NCBI GenBank assembly: GCA_032718475.1
Contig: JAUCBJ010002530.1
Span: 1-32,602, forward strand
Direction of reading: 5' to 3'
Source of the DNA: Nemertoderma westbladi
Taxonomy: Eukaryota > Animalia > Xenacoelomorpha
Length of the DNA: 32,602 bases
Of the stretch, positions 11,036 to 23,188 are shown piece after piece. The notes under the pieces are model-generated. The model saw only the letters and a program-made list of their open reading frames with translations. It did no database searches and was not told where the DNA came from. Numbering within the stretch: the stretch's first letter is position 1; the number at the start of each line of letters is the position of its first letter. Both the position numbers and the translations under genes were made by a program.

Positions 11036-11664
11036 GTTCTATGCCTAGGGGCCACACATAAGCTTAATCCGGCTCTGGGGGACACCTTAATAGGGGTCAA
11101 TGCTTCCCAATGAATTATTAATAAGGGCGATGGTGATGTTTGGCCGTCAGACATTATTAGATATTGATTAGCTGAAAAACTACTACCGTGGGAACGTGAC
11201 CTCTCTGGTAGAGCGGCTCTGTAGACAATTGTATGGTAGGATTACTGTCCTGTTCCCTGATTGGCTTATCCATCCCAACCTCCTTTACAAACAAGAATCA
11301 CTGTTCTGCCTAGCTGGCGGTAGTTTGTACTGCATCATAGCGTACTCTATTTGCCTTGCAAGCGGCCTTACAAGCGTGCTGCCTTCGTAATTTATGGAGG
11401 CTGAACTGTTCAGTATAATTTCTTATCATTTTTAAAGCCGAAATACGGTCTAAAACGATTTTCTATGTTTTTAAGTTAAACTGCCTACGTTTGCATACAT
11501 GTAGTAGTCTATGATAAAATTAATTATCCTGGTATTAATCCCTGGTTATTAAAGAAAGAAAAGTTACTAAATAACAATAAACATTGTACTAATTAATAAT
11601 TGTAACTAGATGAGGGTCTGGGCCTTCATTGCATATGCGTTTTACGAAATGTTCATTAAAACTT

Positions 11665-14600
11665 ACTAATTATCTTGAATCCGCGTTTTACACCCCGTCC
11701 GGATCCAGAAACACTTTGTAATTAACCCGAATCCGCGTTTTACACCCCGTCCCGGGTAAAACTTAGTAATAAACTTGAATCCGCGTTTTACACCCCGTCC
11801 CGGATCCAATAAAACTTGGTAATAAACTTGCATCCGCGTTTTACACCCCATCCCGGATCCAGAAACACTTTGTAATTAACCCGAATCCGCGTTTTACACC
11901 CCTCCCCGAATCCAGTAACACTTTGGTAATAAACTTGAATTCGCGTTTTACACCCCGTCCCGGATCCAATAAAACTTGGTAAGAAACTCGAATCCGCATT
12001 TTACACCCCGTCCCGAATCCAGAAACACTTTGTAATTAACCCTAATCCGCGTTTTACACTCCGTCCCGGGTAAAACTTGGTAATAAACTTGAATTCGCGT
12101 TTTACACCCCGTCCCGGATCCAATAAAACTTGGTAATAAACTTGAATCCGCGTTTTACACCCCGTCCCGGATCCAGAAACACTTTGTAATTAACCCGAAT
12201 CCGCGTTTTACACCCCGTCCCGGGTAAAACTTGGTAATAAACTTGAATCCGCGTTTTACACCCCGTCCCGGATCCAGAAACACTTTGTAATTAACCCGAA
12301 TCCGCGTTTTACACCCCTCCCCGAATCCAGTAACACTTTGGTAATAAACTTGAATCCGCGTTTTACACCCCGTCCAGGATCCAGTAACATTTTGGTTATA
12401 AACTTGAATCCGCGTTTTACACCCCTCCCTGGATCCAATAAAACTTGGTAATAAACTTGAGTCCGCGTTTTACACCCCGTCCCGGATCCAGAAACACTTT
12501 GTAGTTAACCCGAATCCGCGTTTTACACCCCTTCCCGGATACAGTAACACTTTGGTAATTAACTTGAATCCGCGTTTTACACCCCTTCCCGGATCCAATA
12601 AAACTTAGTAATAAACTTGAATCCGCGTTTTACACCCCGTCCCGGATCCAATAAAACTTGGTAATAAACTTGAATCCGCGTTTTACACCCCGTCCCGGAT
12701 CCAGAAACACTTTGTAATTAACCCGAATCCGCGTTTTACACCCCTCCCCGGATCCAGTAACACTTTGGTAATAAACTTGAATCCGAGTTTTACACCCCGT
12801 CCCGGATCCAATAAAACTTGGTAATTAACTTGAATCCGCGTTTTACACCCCGTCCCGGATCCAATAAAATTGGTAATAAACTTGAATCCGCGTTTTACAC
12901 CCCTTCCCGGATCCAATAAAACTTTGTAATTAACCCGAATCCGCGTTTTACACCCCTCCCCGGATCCACGAACACTTTGGTAATAAACTTGAATCCGAGT
13001 TTTACACCCCGTCCCGGATCCAATAAAACTTGGTAATAAACTTGAATCCGCGTTTTACACCCCGTCCCGGATCCAATAAAATTGGAAATAAACTTGAATC
13101 CGTGTTTTACACTCAATTACGGAACCAATAAAACTTTGTAATTAACCCGAATCCGCGTTTTACACCCCTCCCCGGATCCACGAACACTTTGGTAATATAC
13201 TTGAATCCGAGTTTTACACCCCGTCCCGGATCCAATAAAACTTGGTAATAAACTTGAATCCGCGTTTTACACCCCTTCCCGGATCCAATAAAACTTGGTA
13301 ATAAACTTGAATCCGCGTTTTACACCCCGTCCCGGATCCAATAAAACTTGGTAATAAACTTGAATCCGCGTTTTACACCCCTCCCCGGATCATGAACACT
13401 TTGGTAATAAACTTGAATCCGCGTTTTACACCCCTTCCCGGATCCAATAAAACTTTGTAATTAACCCGAATCCGCGTTTTACACCCCTCCCCGGATCCAC
13501 GAACACTTTGGTAATATACTTGAATCCGAGTTTTACACCCCGTCCCGGATCCAATAAAACTTGGTAATAAACTTGAATCCGCGTTTTACACCCCGTCCCG
13601 GATCCAATAAAACTTGGTAATAAACTTGAATCCGCGTTTTACACCCCACCCCGGATCATGAACACTTTGGTAATATACTTGAATCCGAGTTTTACACCCC
13701 GTCCCGGATCCAGTAAAACTTGGTAATAAACTTGACTCCGCGTTTTACACCCCGTCCCGGATCCAATAAAATTGGAAATAAACTTGAATCCGTGTTTTAC
13801 ACTCAATTACGGATTCAATAAAACTTTGTAATTAACCCGAATCCGCGTTTTACACCCCTCCCCGGATCCACGAACACTTTGGTAATATACTTGAATCCGA
13901 GTTTTACACCCCGTCCCGGATCCAATAAAACTTGGTAATAAACTTGAATCCGCGTTTTACACCCCGTCCCGGATCCAATAAAACTTGGTAATAAACTTGA
14001 ATCCGCGTTTTACACCCCACCCCGGATCATGAACACTTTGGTAATATACTTGAATCCGAGTTTTACACCCCGTCCCGGATCCAGTAAAACTTGGTAATAA
14101 ACTTGACTCCGCGTTTTACACCCCGTCCCGGATCCAATAAAATTGGAAATAAACTTGAATCCGTGTTTTACACTCAATTACGGATTCAATAAAACTTTGT
14201 AATTAACCCGAATCCGCGTTTTACACCCCTCCCCGGATCCACGAACACTTTGGTAATATACTTGAATCCGAGTTTTACACCCCGTCCCGGATCCAATAAA
14301 ACTTGGTAATAAACTTGAATCCGCGTTTTACACCCCTTCCCGGATCCAATAAAACTTTGTAATTAACCCGAATCCGCGTTTTACACCCCTCCCCGGATCC
14401 ACGAACACTTTGGTAATATACTTGAATCCGAGTTTTACACCCCGTCCCGGATCCAATAAAACTTGGTAATAAACTTGAATCCGCGTTTTACACCCCATCC
14501 CGGATCCAATAAAACTTGGTAATAAACTTGAATCCGCGTTTATACCCCTCCCCGGATCCACGAACACTTTGCTAATATACTTGAATCCGAGTTTTACACC

Positions 14601-14990
14601 CCGTCCCGGATCCAATAAAACTTGGTAATAAACTTGAATCCGCGTTTTACACCCCTTCCCGGATCCAATAAAACTTTGTAATTAACCCGAATCCGCGTTT
14701 TACACCCCTCCCCGGATCCACGAACACTTTGGTAATATACTTGAATCCGAGTTTTACACCCCGTCCCGGATCCAATAAAACTTGGTAATAAACTTGAATC
14801 CGCGTTTTACACCCCGTCCCGGATCCAATAAAACTTGGTAATAAACTTGAATCCGCGTTTTACACCCCGTCCCGGATCCAATAAAACTTGGTAATAAACT
14901 TGAATCCAAGTTTTACACCCCTTCCCGGATCCAGTAACATTTTGTAATAAACCTGAATCCGTATTTTACACCCAATCCCGGATTCAGTAG
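11665..14990 (-). repeat. 53/54-bp tandem array (about 60 copies), right arm of the foldback element
   Basis: Unit AAACTTGAATCCGCGTTTTACACCCCGTCCCGGATCCAATAAAACTTGGTAAT. Its reverse complement matches the left-arm unit at about 45 of 53 positions. Confidence 0.95.
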
Positions 14991-15293
14991 AAATATGAAT
15001 CCGCGTTTTACACTCCATTCAGGATTTAGCCTACAACATGAATCCGCGTTTTACACTCCGTTCCGGATCGAAAAAAAAGCCAATCCGCGTTTTACACTCG
15101 GTTACGGATTCGGTAAATTTAGCAGTGCACGGATCCGCAGATTACACCCTAAAAATGTAAATTCAGTCGACTTCCATAGGGACAATGTTAAATGATAGAA
15201 TCCTGATCCTGATCCGGATCCGCGTTTTACTCTGACCCCAAAATGTGAGACCAACATTTCAAAATAAACTAATTAAACATTAACATGACAAAC

Positions 15294-15458
15294 CTCTTTT
15301 GTTTCGTCATCAATTTCAGTTGACATGGCAACTTCAAGGTCACCCAGTTGTTCTGTGAGTAACTGCAGATAGAGGTCAGCTTGTCTCAATTTATCGTCGA
15401 TATCTGTATATTGATTGGACACGCCACGACTGAGCCGTTGACATGGCAACTCACCAAT
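15294..15458 (-). CDS. OSBPL9: ORP9 coding exon 4 (coiled region)
   Basis: Acceptor atatttag and donor GAG|GTTTGT. Encodes IGELPCQRLSRGVSNQYTDIDDKLRQADLYLQLLTEQLGDLEVAMSTEIDDETKE, similar to recalled ORP9 [20 protein letters not shown]. 165 nt, phase 0 to 0. Confidence 0.87.
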
Positions 15459-15590
15459 CTAAATATCAATTACCGAACTAGAGTTGACTAACAGCAATAA
15501 AAAGTAAAGGGTTTTTTTCAATTTAAAGGAAAATAAACCCACACACAATATTAGATGATAAATAACATTAATAATTTGCTGCAAATAATG

Positions 15591-15724
15591 AATTGACCAT
15601 ATAATAATTCTAACTAATTTCCAATTAACCATATAATAATTCTAACTAATTTCCAATTGACCATATAATAATTCTAACTAATTTCCAATTGACCATATAA
15701 TAATTCTAACTAATTTCCAATGAC
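15591..15724. repeat. 32-bp tandem repeat, 4 copies
   Basis: Unit TGACCATATAATAATTCTAACTAATTTCCAAT. Confidence 0.92.
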
Positions 15725-16232
15725 TGGGAATATAACTTGTGATGAATATAGCGTAATAAATTCGGCCTATAATAGTGCAGTGGCGAGCTGGTGCAGCATA
15801 GCGACAGCCAGTAACAGAGTTTACTGCGGTGGTTAACAGATGACAAATAGAGCTTCATTATTCTGTAGTCGGCATAGAGAATAAGGCTACCCACGCACAG
15901 TCGATAAAACTAATTATTATTATTACAGTCTTAATAATTATTTACACATGTGTGCGTGTGTAAGTTGTAACTAACAACAGTTTACAGTGTGCTGATCTGA
16001 TACGTATAAATTTGTTATCATTAAACTTACATTATTTATTGGCTCCGCTCTTAGGTCAGATAAAATATCCATCATTTGATTATAATTATAAAATAAATTA
16101 TAATAAATTAATTATGTTCAATAAATTTGGTTTTTGCAGTTCAATATAAATGTTTACTGCATTCATATATTCCACTTACTCAACTAACTGTATATATAAC
16201 AAATTTACAAAGAAAATACATTTGAAACCAAT

Positions 16233-16911
16233 GCCATGCATCAGATACTACACGAAGTGGTACCTTCGCGCAGCGACCACGTTACCACCTAGAGGCAGCC
16301 ATGCATCAGATACTACAATCAGATACTACACGAAGTGGTACCTTCGCGCAGCGACCACGTTACCACCTATAGAGGCAGCCATGCATCAGATACTACACGA
16401 AGTGGTACCTTCGCGCAGCGACCACGTTACCACCTAGAGGCAGCCATGCATCAGATACTACACGAAGTGGTACCTTCGCGCAGCGACCACGTTACCACCT
16501 AGAGGCAGCCATGCATCAGATACTACACGAAGTGGTACCTTCGCGCAGCGACCACGTTACCACCTAGAGGCAGCCATGCATCAGATACTACAATCAGATA
16601 CTACACGAAGTGGTACCTTCGCGCAGCGACCACGTTACCACCTAGAGGCAGCCATGCATCAGATACTACACGAAGTGGTACCTTCGCGCAGCGACCACGT
16701 TACCACCTAGAGGCAGCCATGCATCAGATACTACACGAAGTGGTACCTTCGCGCAGCGACCACGTTACCACCTAGAGGCAGCCATGAATCAGATACTACA
16801 CGAAGTGGTACCTTCGCGCAGCGACCACGTTACCACCTAGAGGCAGCCATTCATCAGATACTACACGAAGTGGTACCTTCGCGCAGCGACCACGTTACCA
16901 CCTAGAGGCAG
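16233..16911. repeat. 65-bp tandem array (about 10 copies)
   Basis: Unit CCATGCATCAGATACTACACGAAGTGGTACCTTCGCGCAGCGACCACGTTACCACCTAGAGGCAG. Two copies carry a 13-nt internal duplication (ATCAGATACTACA). Confidence 0.95.
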
Positions 16912-18789
16912 TCGGTTGGGCAACTGCAGTCGGTTGGGCAACTGTAGTCGGTTGGGCAACTGCAGTCGGTTGGGCAACTGCTGTCGGTTGGGCAACTGCT
17001 GTCGGTTGGGCAACTGCAGTCGGTTGGGCAACTGCTGTCGGTTGGGCAACTGCAGTCGGTTGGGCAACTGTCGTCGGTTGGGCAAATGTCGTCGGTTGGG
17101 CAACTGTTGTCGGTTGGGCAACTGCTGTCGGTTGGGCAACTGCAGTCGGTTGGGCAACTGCAGTCGGTTGGGCAACTTCTGTCGGTTGGGCAACTGCTGT
17201 CGGTTGGGCAACTGTCGTCGGTTGGGCAACTGCTGTCGGTTGGGCAACTGCTGTCAGTTGGGCAACTGCAGTCGGTTGGACAACTGCAGTCGGTTGGGCA
17301 ACTGTCGTCGGTTGGGCAACTGCAGTCGGTTGGGCAACTGCAGTCGGTTGGACAACTGCAGTCGGTTGGACAACTGCAGTCGGTTGGACAACTGCAGTCG
17401 GTTGGGCACCTGTCGTCGGTTGGGCAACTGCAGTCGGTTGGGCAACTGCTGTCGGTTGGGCAACTGCTGTCGGTTGGGCAACTGCTGTCGGTTGGGCAAC
17501 TGCAGTCGGTTGGGCAACTGCTGTCGGTTGGGCAACTGCTGTCGGTTGGACAACTGCAGTCGGTTGGGCAACTGTCGTCGGTTGGGCAACTGCAGTCGGT
17601 TGGGCAACTGCTGTCGGTTGGGCAACTGCAGTCGGTTGGGCAACTGCAGTCGGTTGGGCAACTGCAGTCGGTTGGGCAACTGCTGTCGGTTGGGCAACTG
17701 CAGTCGGTTGGGCAACTGTCGTCGGTTGGGCACCTGTCGTCGGTTGGGCAACTGCAGTCGGTTGGGCAACTGCTGTCGGTTGGGCAACTGCTGTCGGTTG
17801 GGCAACTGCTGTCGGTTGGGCAACTGCTGTCGGTTGGGCAACTGCAGTCGGTTGGACAACTGCAGTCGGTTGGGCAACTGCAGTCGGTTGGGCAACTGCA
17901 GTAGGTTGGGCAACTGCAGTAGGTTGGGCAACTGTAGTCGGTTGGGCAACTGTAGTCGGTTGGGCAACTGCAGTCGGTTGGGCAACTGCAGTCGGTTGGG
18001 CAACTGCAGTCGGTTGGGCAACTGCAGTCGGTTGGGCAACTGCAGTCGGTTGGGCAACTGCAGTCGGTTGGGCAACTGCAGTCGGTTGGGCAACTGCAGT
18101 CGGTTGGGCAACTGCAGTCGGTTGGGCAACTGCAGTCGGTTGGGCAACTGCAGTCGGTTGGGCAACTGCAGTCGGTTGGGCAACTGCAGTCGGTTGGGCA
18201 ACTGCTGTCGGTTGGGCAACTGCAGTCGGTTGGGCAACTGTCGTCGGTTGGGCACCTGTCGTCGGTTGGGCAACTGCAGTCGGTTGGGCAACTGCTGTCG
18301 GTTGGGCAACTGCTGTCGGTTGGGCAACTGCTGTCGGTTGGGCAACTGCTGTCGGTTGGGCAACTGCAGTCGGTTGGACAACTGCAGTCGGTTGGGCAAC
18401 TGCAGTCGGTTGGGCAACTGCAGTAGGTTGGGCAACTGCAGTAGGTTGGGCAACTGTAGTCGGTTGGGCAACTGTAGTCGGTTGGGCAACTGCAGTCGGT
18501 TGGGCAACTGCAGTCGGTTGGGCAACTGCAGTCGGTTGGGCAACTGCAGTCGGTTGGGCAACTGCAGTCGGTTGGGCAACTGCAGTCGGTTGGGCAACTG
18601 CAGTCGGTTGGACAACTGTAGTCGGTTGGGCAACTGCAGTCGGTTGGGCAACTGCAGTCGGTTGGGCAACTGCAGTCGGTTGGGCAACTGCAGTCGGTTG
18701 GGCAACTGCAGTCGGTTGGGCAACTGCAGTCGGTTGGGCAACTGCAGTCGGTTGGGCAACTGCAGTCGGTTGGGCAACTGCAGTCGGTT
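16908..18789. repeat. 18-bp GC-rich minisatellite (about 105 copies)
   Basis: Unit GTCGGTTGGGCAACTGCA with a few recurrent variants. It explains the long repetitive ORFs in several frames. Confidence 0.97.
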
Positions 18790-18929
18790 AAGACCTCACA
18801 ATAATTCATTCTGAGCTCTGGAAGATATATGCCAGGTATCAATCAAGAAGAAAGGATAACAAACAATAAATACGAAATGGCGGAAAGTTTCATTTCAATT
18901 TCAAACATTTCTAAAACGATTTCTTTCAG

Positions 18930-19310
18930 CCCACTAGCGGTAGACTGGAGAACTGCCGAGAGATTACCGTCCCAACAAAAACGCGGCCTGTGGAGATAGT
19001 CTTTGGTCTAACATGTATATCTGCCAAGTTTCAGCTTGAACGGATAACAAATATAGAAATAAGATAAAGATTTTCACATATAGACATTTCGACCTCTAGC
19101 GGCAAACTGTGGAAGTGTAGATTGTAAAACATTCCAAACTTAAATCGATTACGATTACGGAAACGGGGAAGGTTATCACTTTCTTACATTTCGACCTCTA
19201 GCGACAGACTGGGGAACTGCAGACGGATAAGCCTCCATCAAATGGTCTACTGTAGTACAAATCTGCCAAGTTTCAGTTTGAACGGATTAAATGCAAAGAA
19301 ATGGCAAGAA
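18930..19310. mobile_element. Degenerate internally repetitive element (Helitron/Helentron-like relic)
   Basis: Three copies of CTAGCG..AGACTG.GGAA-like sequence (about 18933, 19096, 19197) and two of ATCTGCCAAGTTTCAG.TTGAACGGAT (19019, 19261). A related core occurs at about 9520-9600. Confidence 0.35.
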
Positions 19311-20759
19311 ATTTAAAATCGTAAGGAATACAACAACTTTGGGAATATTAACCGACCCCCCTAGAAGTGTTAGTTCGCTAAGGCTCCATCAACTTGGTGG
19401 CTCGCCCCAGAACAGAAATCCCACAGACAGTGATATTGATGGACAGAGTCTCACGACAGACTGAAGTGGAGTGTTGGAATGGAATATTGACTAATTAAAA
19501 AGAACAGGAACCAAATGTAATCTACGAAGTGTCACTTCCAAAAACACCCTGTTACAGTAACCATTACTCTTGTGCTGTCTTGGAACTGACTATATCCAAG
19601 GCATTATTGTTACTATATGTTACAGATCAGACTGCTACTGGAAGAAGGTCATAGAAAACCAACAACTAGAGTATCAATCGTTGGCCTTTCCACAAGAACA
19701 GGTCAAAGCCGTCATCCTAAGCGGTTTTTAACCAGTGAACTTTAGGAATAAAAAGTAACACATTATTTATTATATTTGGAGTTTATTTAACGTCAACATG
19801 ACTGATTTAAATATTCAATGAATATGATTAATATCTAATAATTTTAACGAAATAATTTACTATAATTAATAAATTTCCGGCTTGACCCGGTTATACTTAT
19901 TAGTTTTTAAGGAAACTTAATTAATTAATTTTGTTAATAAATAACAATAATATAAATAGTGGAATACAATTGGATACATCTCACTGTGATGTGTATATAA
20001 ATATGAATAATATGAAATATATGAATACAAAGTGTCTTATTTACAAATCACAATTTGATGTAAATACTTTTGCTTTGCTCCGTCTTAGTTTAAAAGATAC
20101 AGTAGTAATATATTAATATAATATACACCATCTCGATGAATACAGTAGTGTTGAAATGCATTGGCTTACCCCAAATGCAATTTAAAATTACACTGTTCTG
20201 ATCCGTTTCCCAGTCCTTTACTGCACTCTGTCGCTTAAAAGCAACACGGCTGCTTATTTTGTGCCTCAAAATTACAAACGAACCCGTAAAATTGCCATAA
20301 TACATAATAATAGGTGCATGATATACAAAAAATAAGTTTATTATTTTTTTGGTACCATAAAATTATCGCAGGAATAAAAAAAAGCCGACCTAAAGACACC
20401 AATAAACTAGTATTTAAACAGGATCAGACTTTCCGCGATTGGGATTACAATTTTGATTTGATTTGATTTCCGCCACCTCTTCCAACGGCTCTCTGTCTGT
20501 GGACGGTGTCCGTTAATTACACTGAAAAAAGTAAGTTCCGGTCGATTTTTTAACCATTGGTTATGGATAGGTACTTGCGGTAGTGATTGGTAAACCGGGG
20601 GTTAGTTTGGATCATACAAAAATGGCTGGTAGTAACCTCCGGTTACGATATTAAACCGGCGGTTTAAGATATATTTGTTATATTACCTGAAACGAAACCT
20701 GTAGTCATTGCGGAATTTTGCATAGAAAGTGACGGTTGTATTATAAAGGTGGTTATTAA

Positions 20760-21450
20760 ATTTTCAAACTGGCGGTTCTTATTGATGAAAACATATAATT
20801 TTCAAACCGGCGGTTTTTATGAAATGTAAAAATGGTGGTCTTATATTCAAACTGTCGGTTCTTGTTAATAAACACGTATGTAGTTTTCAAACCGGCGGTT
20901 TTTATGAAATGTAAAAATGGTGGTCTTATATTCAAACTGTCGGTTCTTGTTAATAAACACGTATGTAGTTTTTTCAAACCGGCGGTTTTTATGAAATGTA
21001 AAAATGGTGGTCTTATATTCAAACTGTCGGTTCTTGTTAATAAACACGTACGTAGTTTTCAAACCGGCGGTTTTTATGAAATGTAAAAATGGTGGTCTTA
21101 TATTCAAACTGTCGGTTCTTGTTAATAAACACGTACGTAGTTTTCAAACCGGCGGTTTTTATGAAATGTAGAAATGGTGGTCTTATATTCAAACTGTCGG
21201 TTCTTGTAAATAAACACGTATGTAGTTTTCAAACCGGCGGTTTTTATGAAATGTAAAAATGGTGGTCTTATATTGAAACTGTCGGTTCTTGTTAATAAAC
21301 ACGTATATGTAGTTTTCAAACCGGCGGTTTTTATGAAATGTAAAAATGGTGGTCTTATATTCAAACTGTCGGTTCTTGTTAATAAACACGTATGTCGTTT
21401 TCAAACCGGCGGTTTGTATGAAATGTAAAAATGGCGGTTGTATTTTCACA
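20760..21450. repeat. 85-bp tandem array (about 8 copies) inside the CACTG element
   Basis: Unit TTTTCAAACCGGCGGTTTTTATGAAATGTAAAAATGGTGGTCTTATATTCAAACTGTCGGTTCTTGTTAATAAACACGTATGTAG. Confidence 0.95.
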
Positions 21451-21552
21451 ATTGCCGGTTATTACTATACATACAAAGAACCCTAAGTTGTGTAATTCAA
21501 CTGGTAATGCCGTTATTTCTGTGTTACAGAGGCGCGTGTTATGATATAACTA

Positions 21553-23188
21553 ATTTACAATAATGACTGCCGGTTAATCACAGAACCACAGATTTACAAT
21601 AATAACTGCCAGTTTATCACAGAAGCACAGATTTACAATAATGACTGCCAGTTTATCACAGAACCACAGATTTACAATAATAACTGCCAGTTTATCACAG
21701 AACCACAGATTTACAATAATAACTGCCAGTTTATCACAGAACCACAGATTTACAATAATATAACTTCCAGTTTATCACAGAACCACAGATTTACAATAAT
21801 AACTGCCAGTTTATCACAGAACCACAGATTTACAATAATATAACTTCCAGTTTATCACAGAACCACAGATTTACAATAATAACTGCCAGTTTATCACAGA
21901 ACCACAGATTTACAATAATAACTGCCAGTTTATCACAGAACCACAGATTTACAATAATATAACTTCCAGTTTATCACAGAACCACAGATTTACAATAATA
22001 ACTGCCAGTTTATCACAGAACCACAGATTTACAATAATAACTGCCAGTTTATCACAGAACCAAAGATTTATAATAATGACTGCCAGTTTATCACAGAACC
22101 ACAGATTTACAATAATGGCTGCCAGTTTATCACAGAACCACAGATTTACAATAATAACTGCCAGTTTATCACAGAACCAAAGATTTATAATAATGACTGC
22201 CAGTTTATCACAGAACCACAGATTTACAATAATGGCTGCCAGTTTATCACAGAACCACAGATTTACAATAATAACTGCCAGTTTATCACAGAACTACAGA
22301 TTTACAATAATGACTGCCAGTTTATCACAGAACCACAGATTTACAATAATAACTGCCAGTATATCACAGAACGACAGATTTACAATAATAACTGCCAGTT
22401 TATCACAGAACTACAGATTTACAATAATGACTGCCAGTTTATCACCGAACTACAGATTTACAATAATGACTGCCAGTTTATCACAGAACGACAGATTTAC
22501 AATAATGACTGCCAGTTTATCACAGAAGCACAGATTTACAATAATAACTGCCAGTTTATCACAGAACCACAGATTTACAATAATGACTGCCAGTTTATCA
22601 CAGAACGACAGATTTACAATAATGACTGCCAGTTTATCACAGAACCACAGATTTACAATAATGACTGCCAGTTTATCACAGAACGACAGATTTACAATAA
22701 TGACTGCCAGTTTATCACAGAACCACAGATTTACAATAATAACTGCCAGTTTATCACAGAACCACAGATTTACAATAATGACTGCCAGTTTATCACAGAA
22801 CCACAGATTTACAATAATAACTGCCAGTTTATCACAGAACCACAGATTTACAATAATGACTGCCAGTTTATCACACAACGACAGATTTACAATAATGACT
22901 GCCAGTTTATCACAGAAGCACAGATTTACAATAATAACTGCCAGTTTATCACAGAACCACAGATTTACAATAATGACTGCCAGTTTATCACAGAACCACA
23001 GATTTACAATAATGACTGCCAGTTTATCACAGAACGACAGATTTACAATAATGAATGCCAGTTTATCACAGAACCACAGATTTACAATAATAACTGCCAG
23101 TTTATCACAGAACCACAGATTTACAATAATAACTGCCAGTTTATCACAGAACCACACACAGATTTACAAACTAATAACTGCCAGTTTG
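21553..23188. repeat. 39-bp tandem array (about 42 copies) inside the CACTG element
   Basis: Unit ATTTACAATAAT(A/G)ACTGCCAGTTTATCACAGAACCACAG. Some 41-bp variants break the reading frame. Confidence 0.96.

Larger units (their letters stand above)
10321..15238. mobile_element. Non-autonomous foldback (FB/MULE-like) DNA transposon with satellite arms
   Basis: Inverted termini GGGTAGGTGTAAAACGCGGATCCGGATC / GATCCGGATCCGCGTTTTACTCTGACCC. Exact 9-bp TSD CAAAATGTG at 10312-10320 and 15239-15247. Arms consist of oppositely oriented 53-bp repeats around a unique spacer of about 630 bp. Confidence 0.9.

Noticed and set aside
11666-15195. Multiple short ORFs (DPGRGVKRGFKFI...)
   Set aside because: Translations of the 53/54-bp foldback arm repeats with constant frame shifts.
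16233-16911. Possible hammerhead ribozyme or CTCF sites in the 65-bp unit
   Set aside because: CTGATGA occurs in only one copy and the GAAA core and stems are missing. CCACCTAGAGGCAG mismatches several core CTCF positions.
16861-18814. Long ORFs (LGNCSR)n, (SVGQLQ)n and (LPNRLQ)n
   Set aside because: By-products of an 18-bp unit with few stops. They are open in several frames and lack ATG starts.
19420-19745. Possible coding relic ending ...STRTGQSRHPKRFLTSEL*, reminiscent of Gypsy pol C-termini
   Set aside because: Too short and degenerate, with no LTRs or other retroelement domains visible. BLASTX would be needed.
20756-21449. Overlapping 60-88 aa ORFs
   Set aside because: Translations of the 85-bp array, whose unit length is not a multiple of three.
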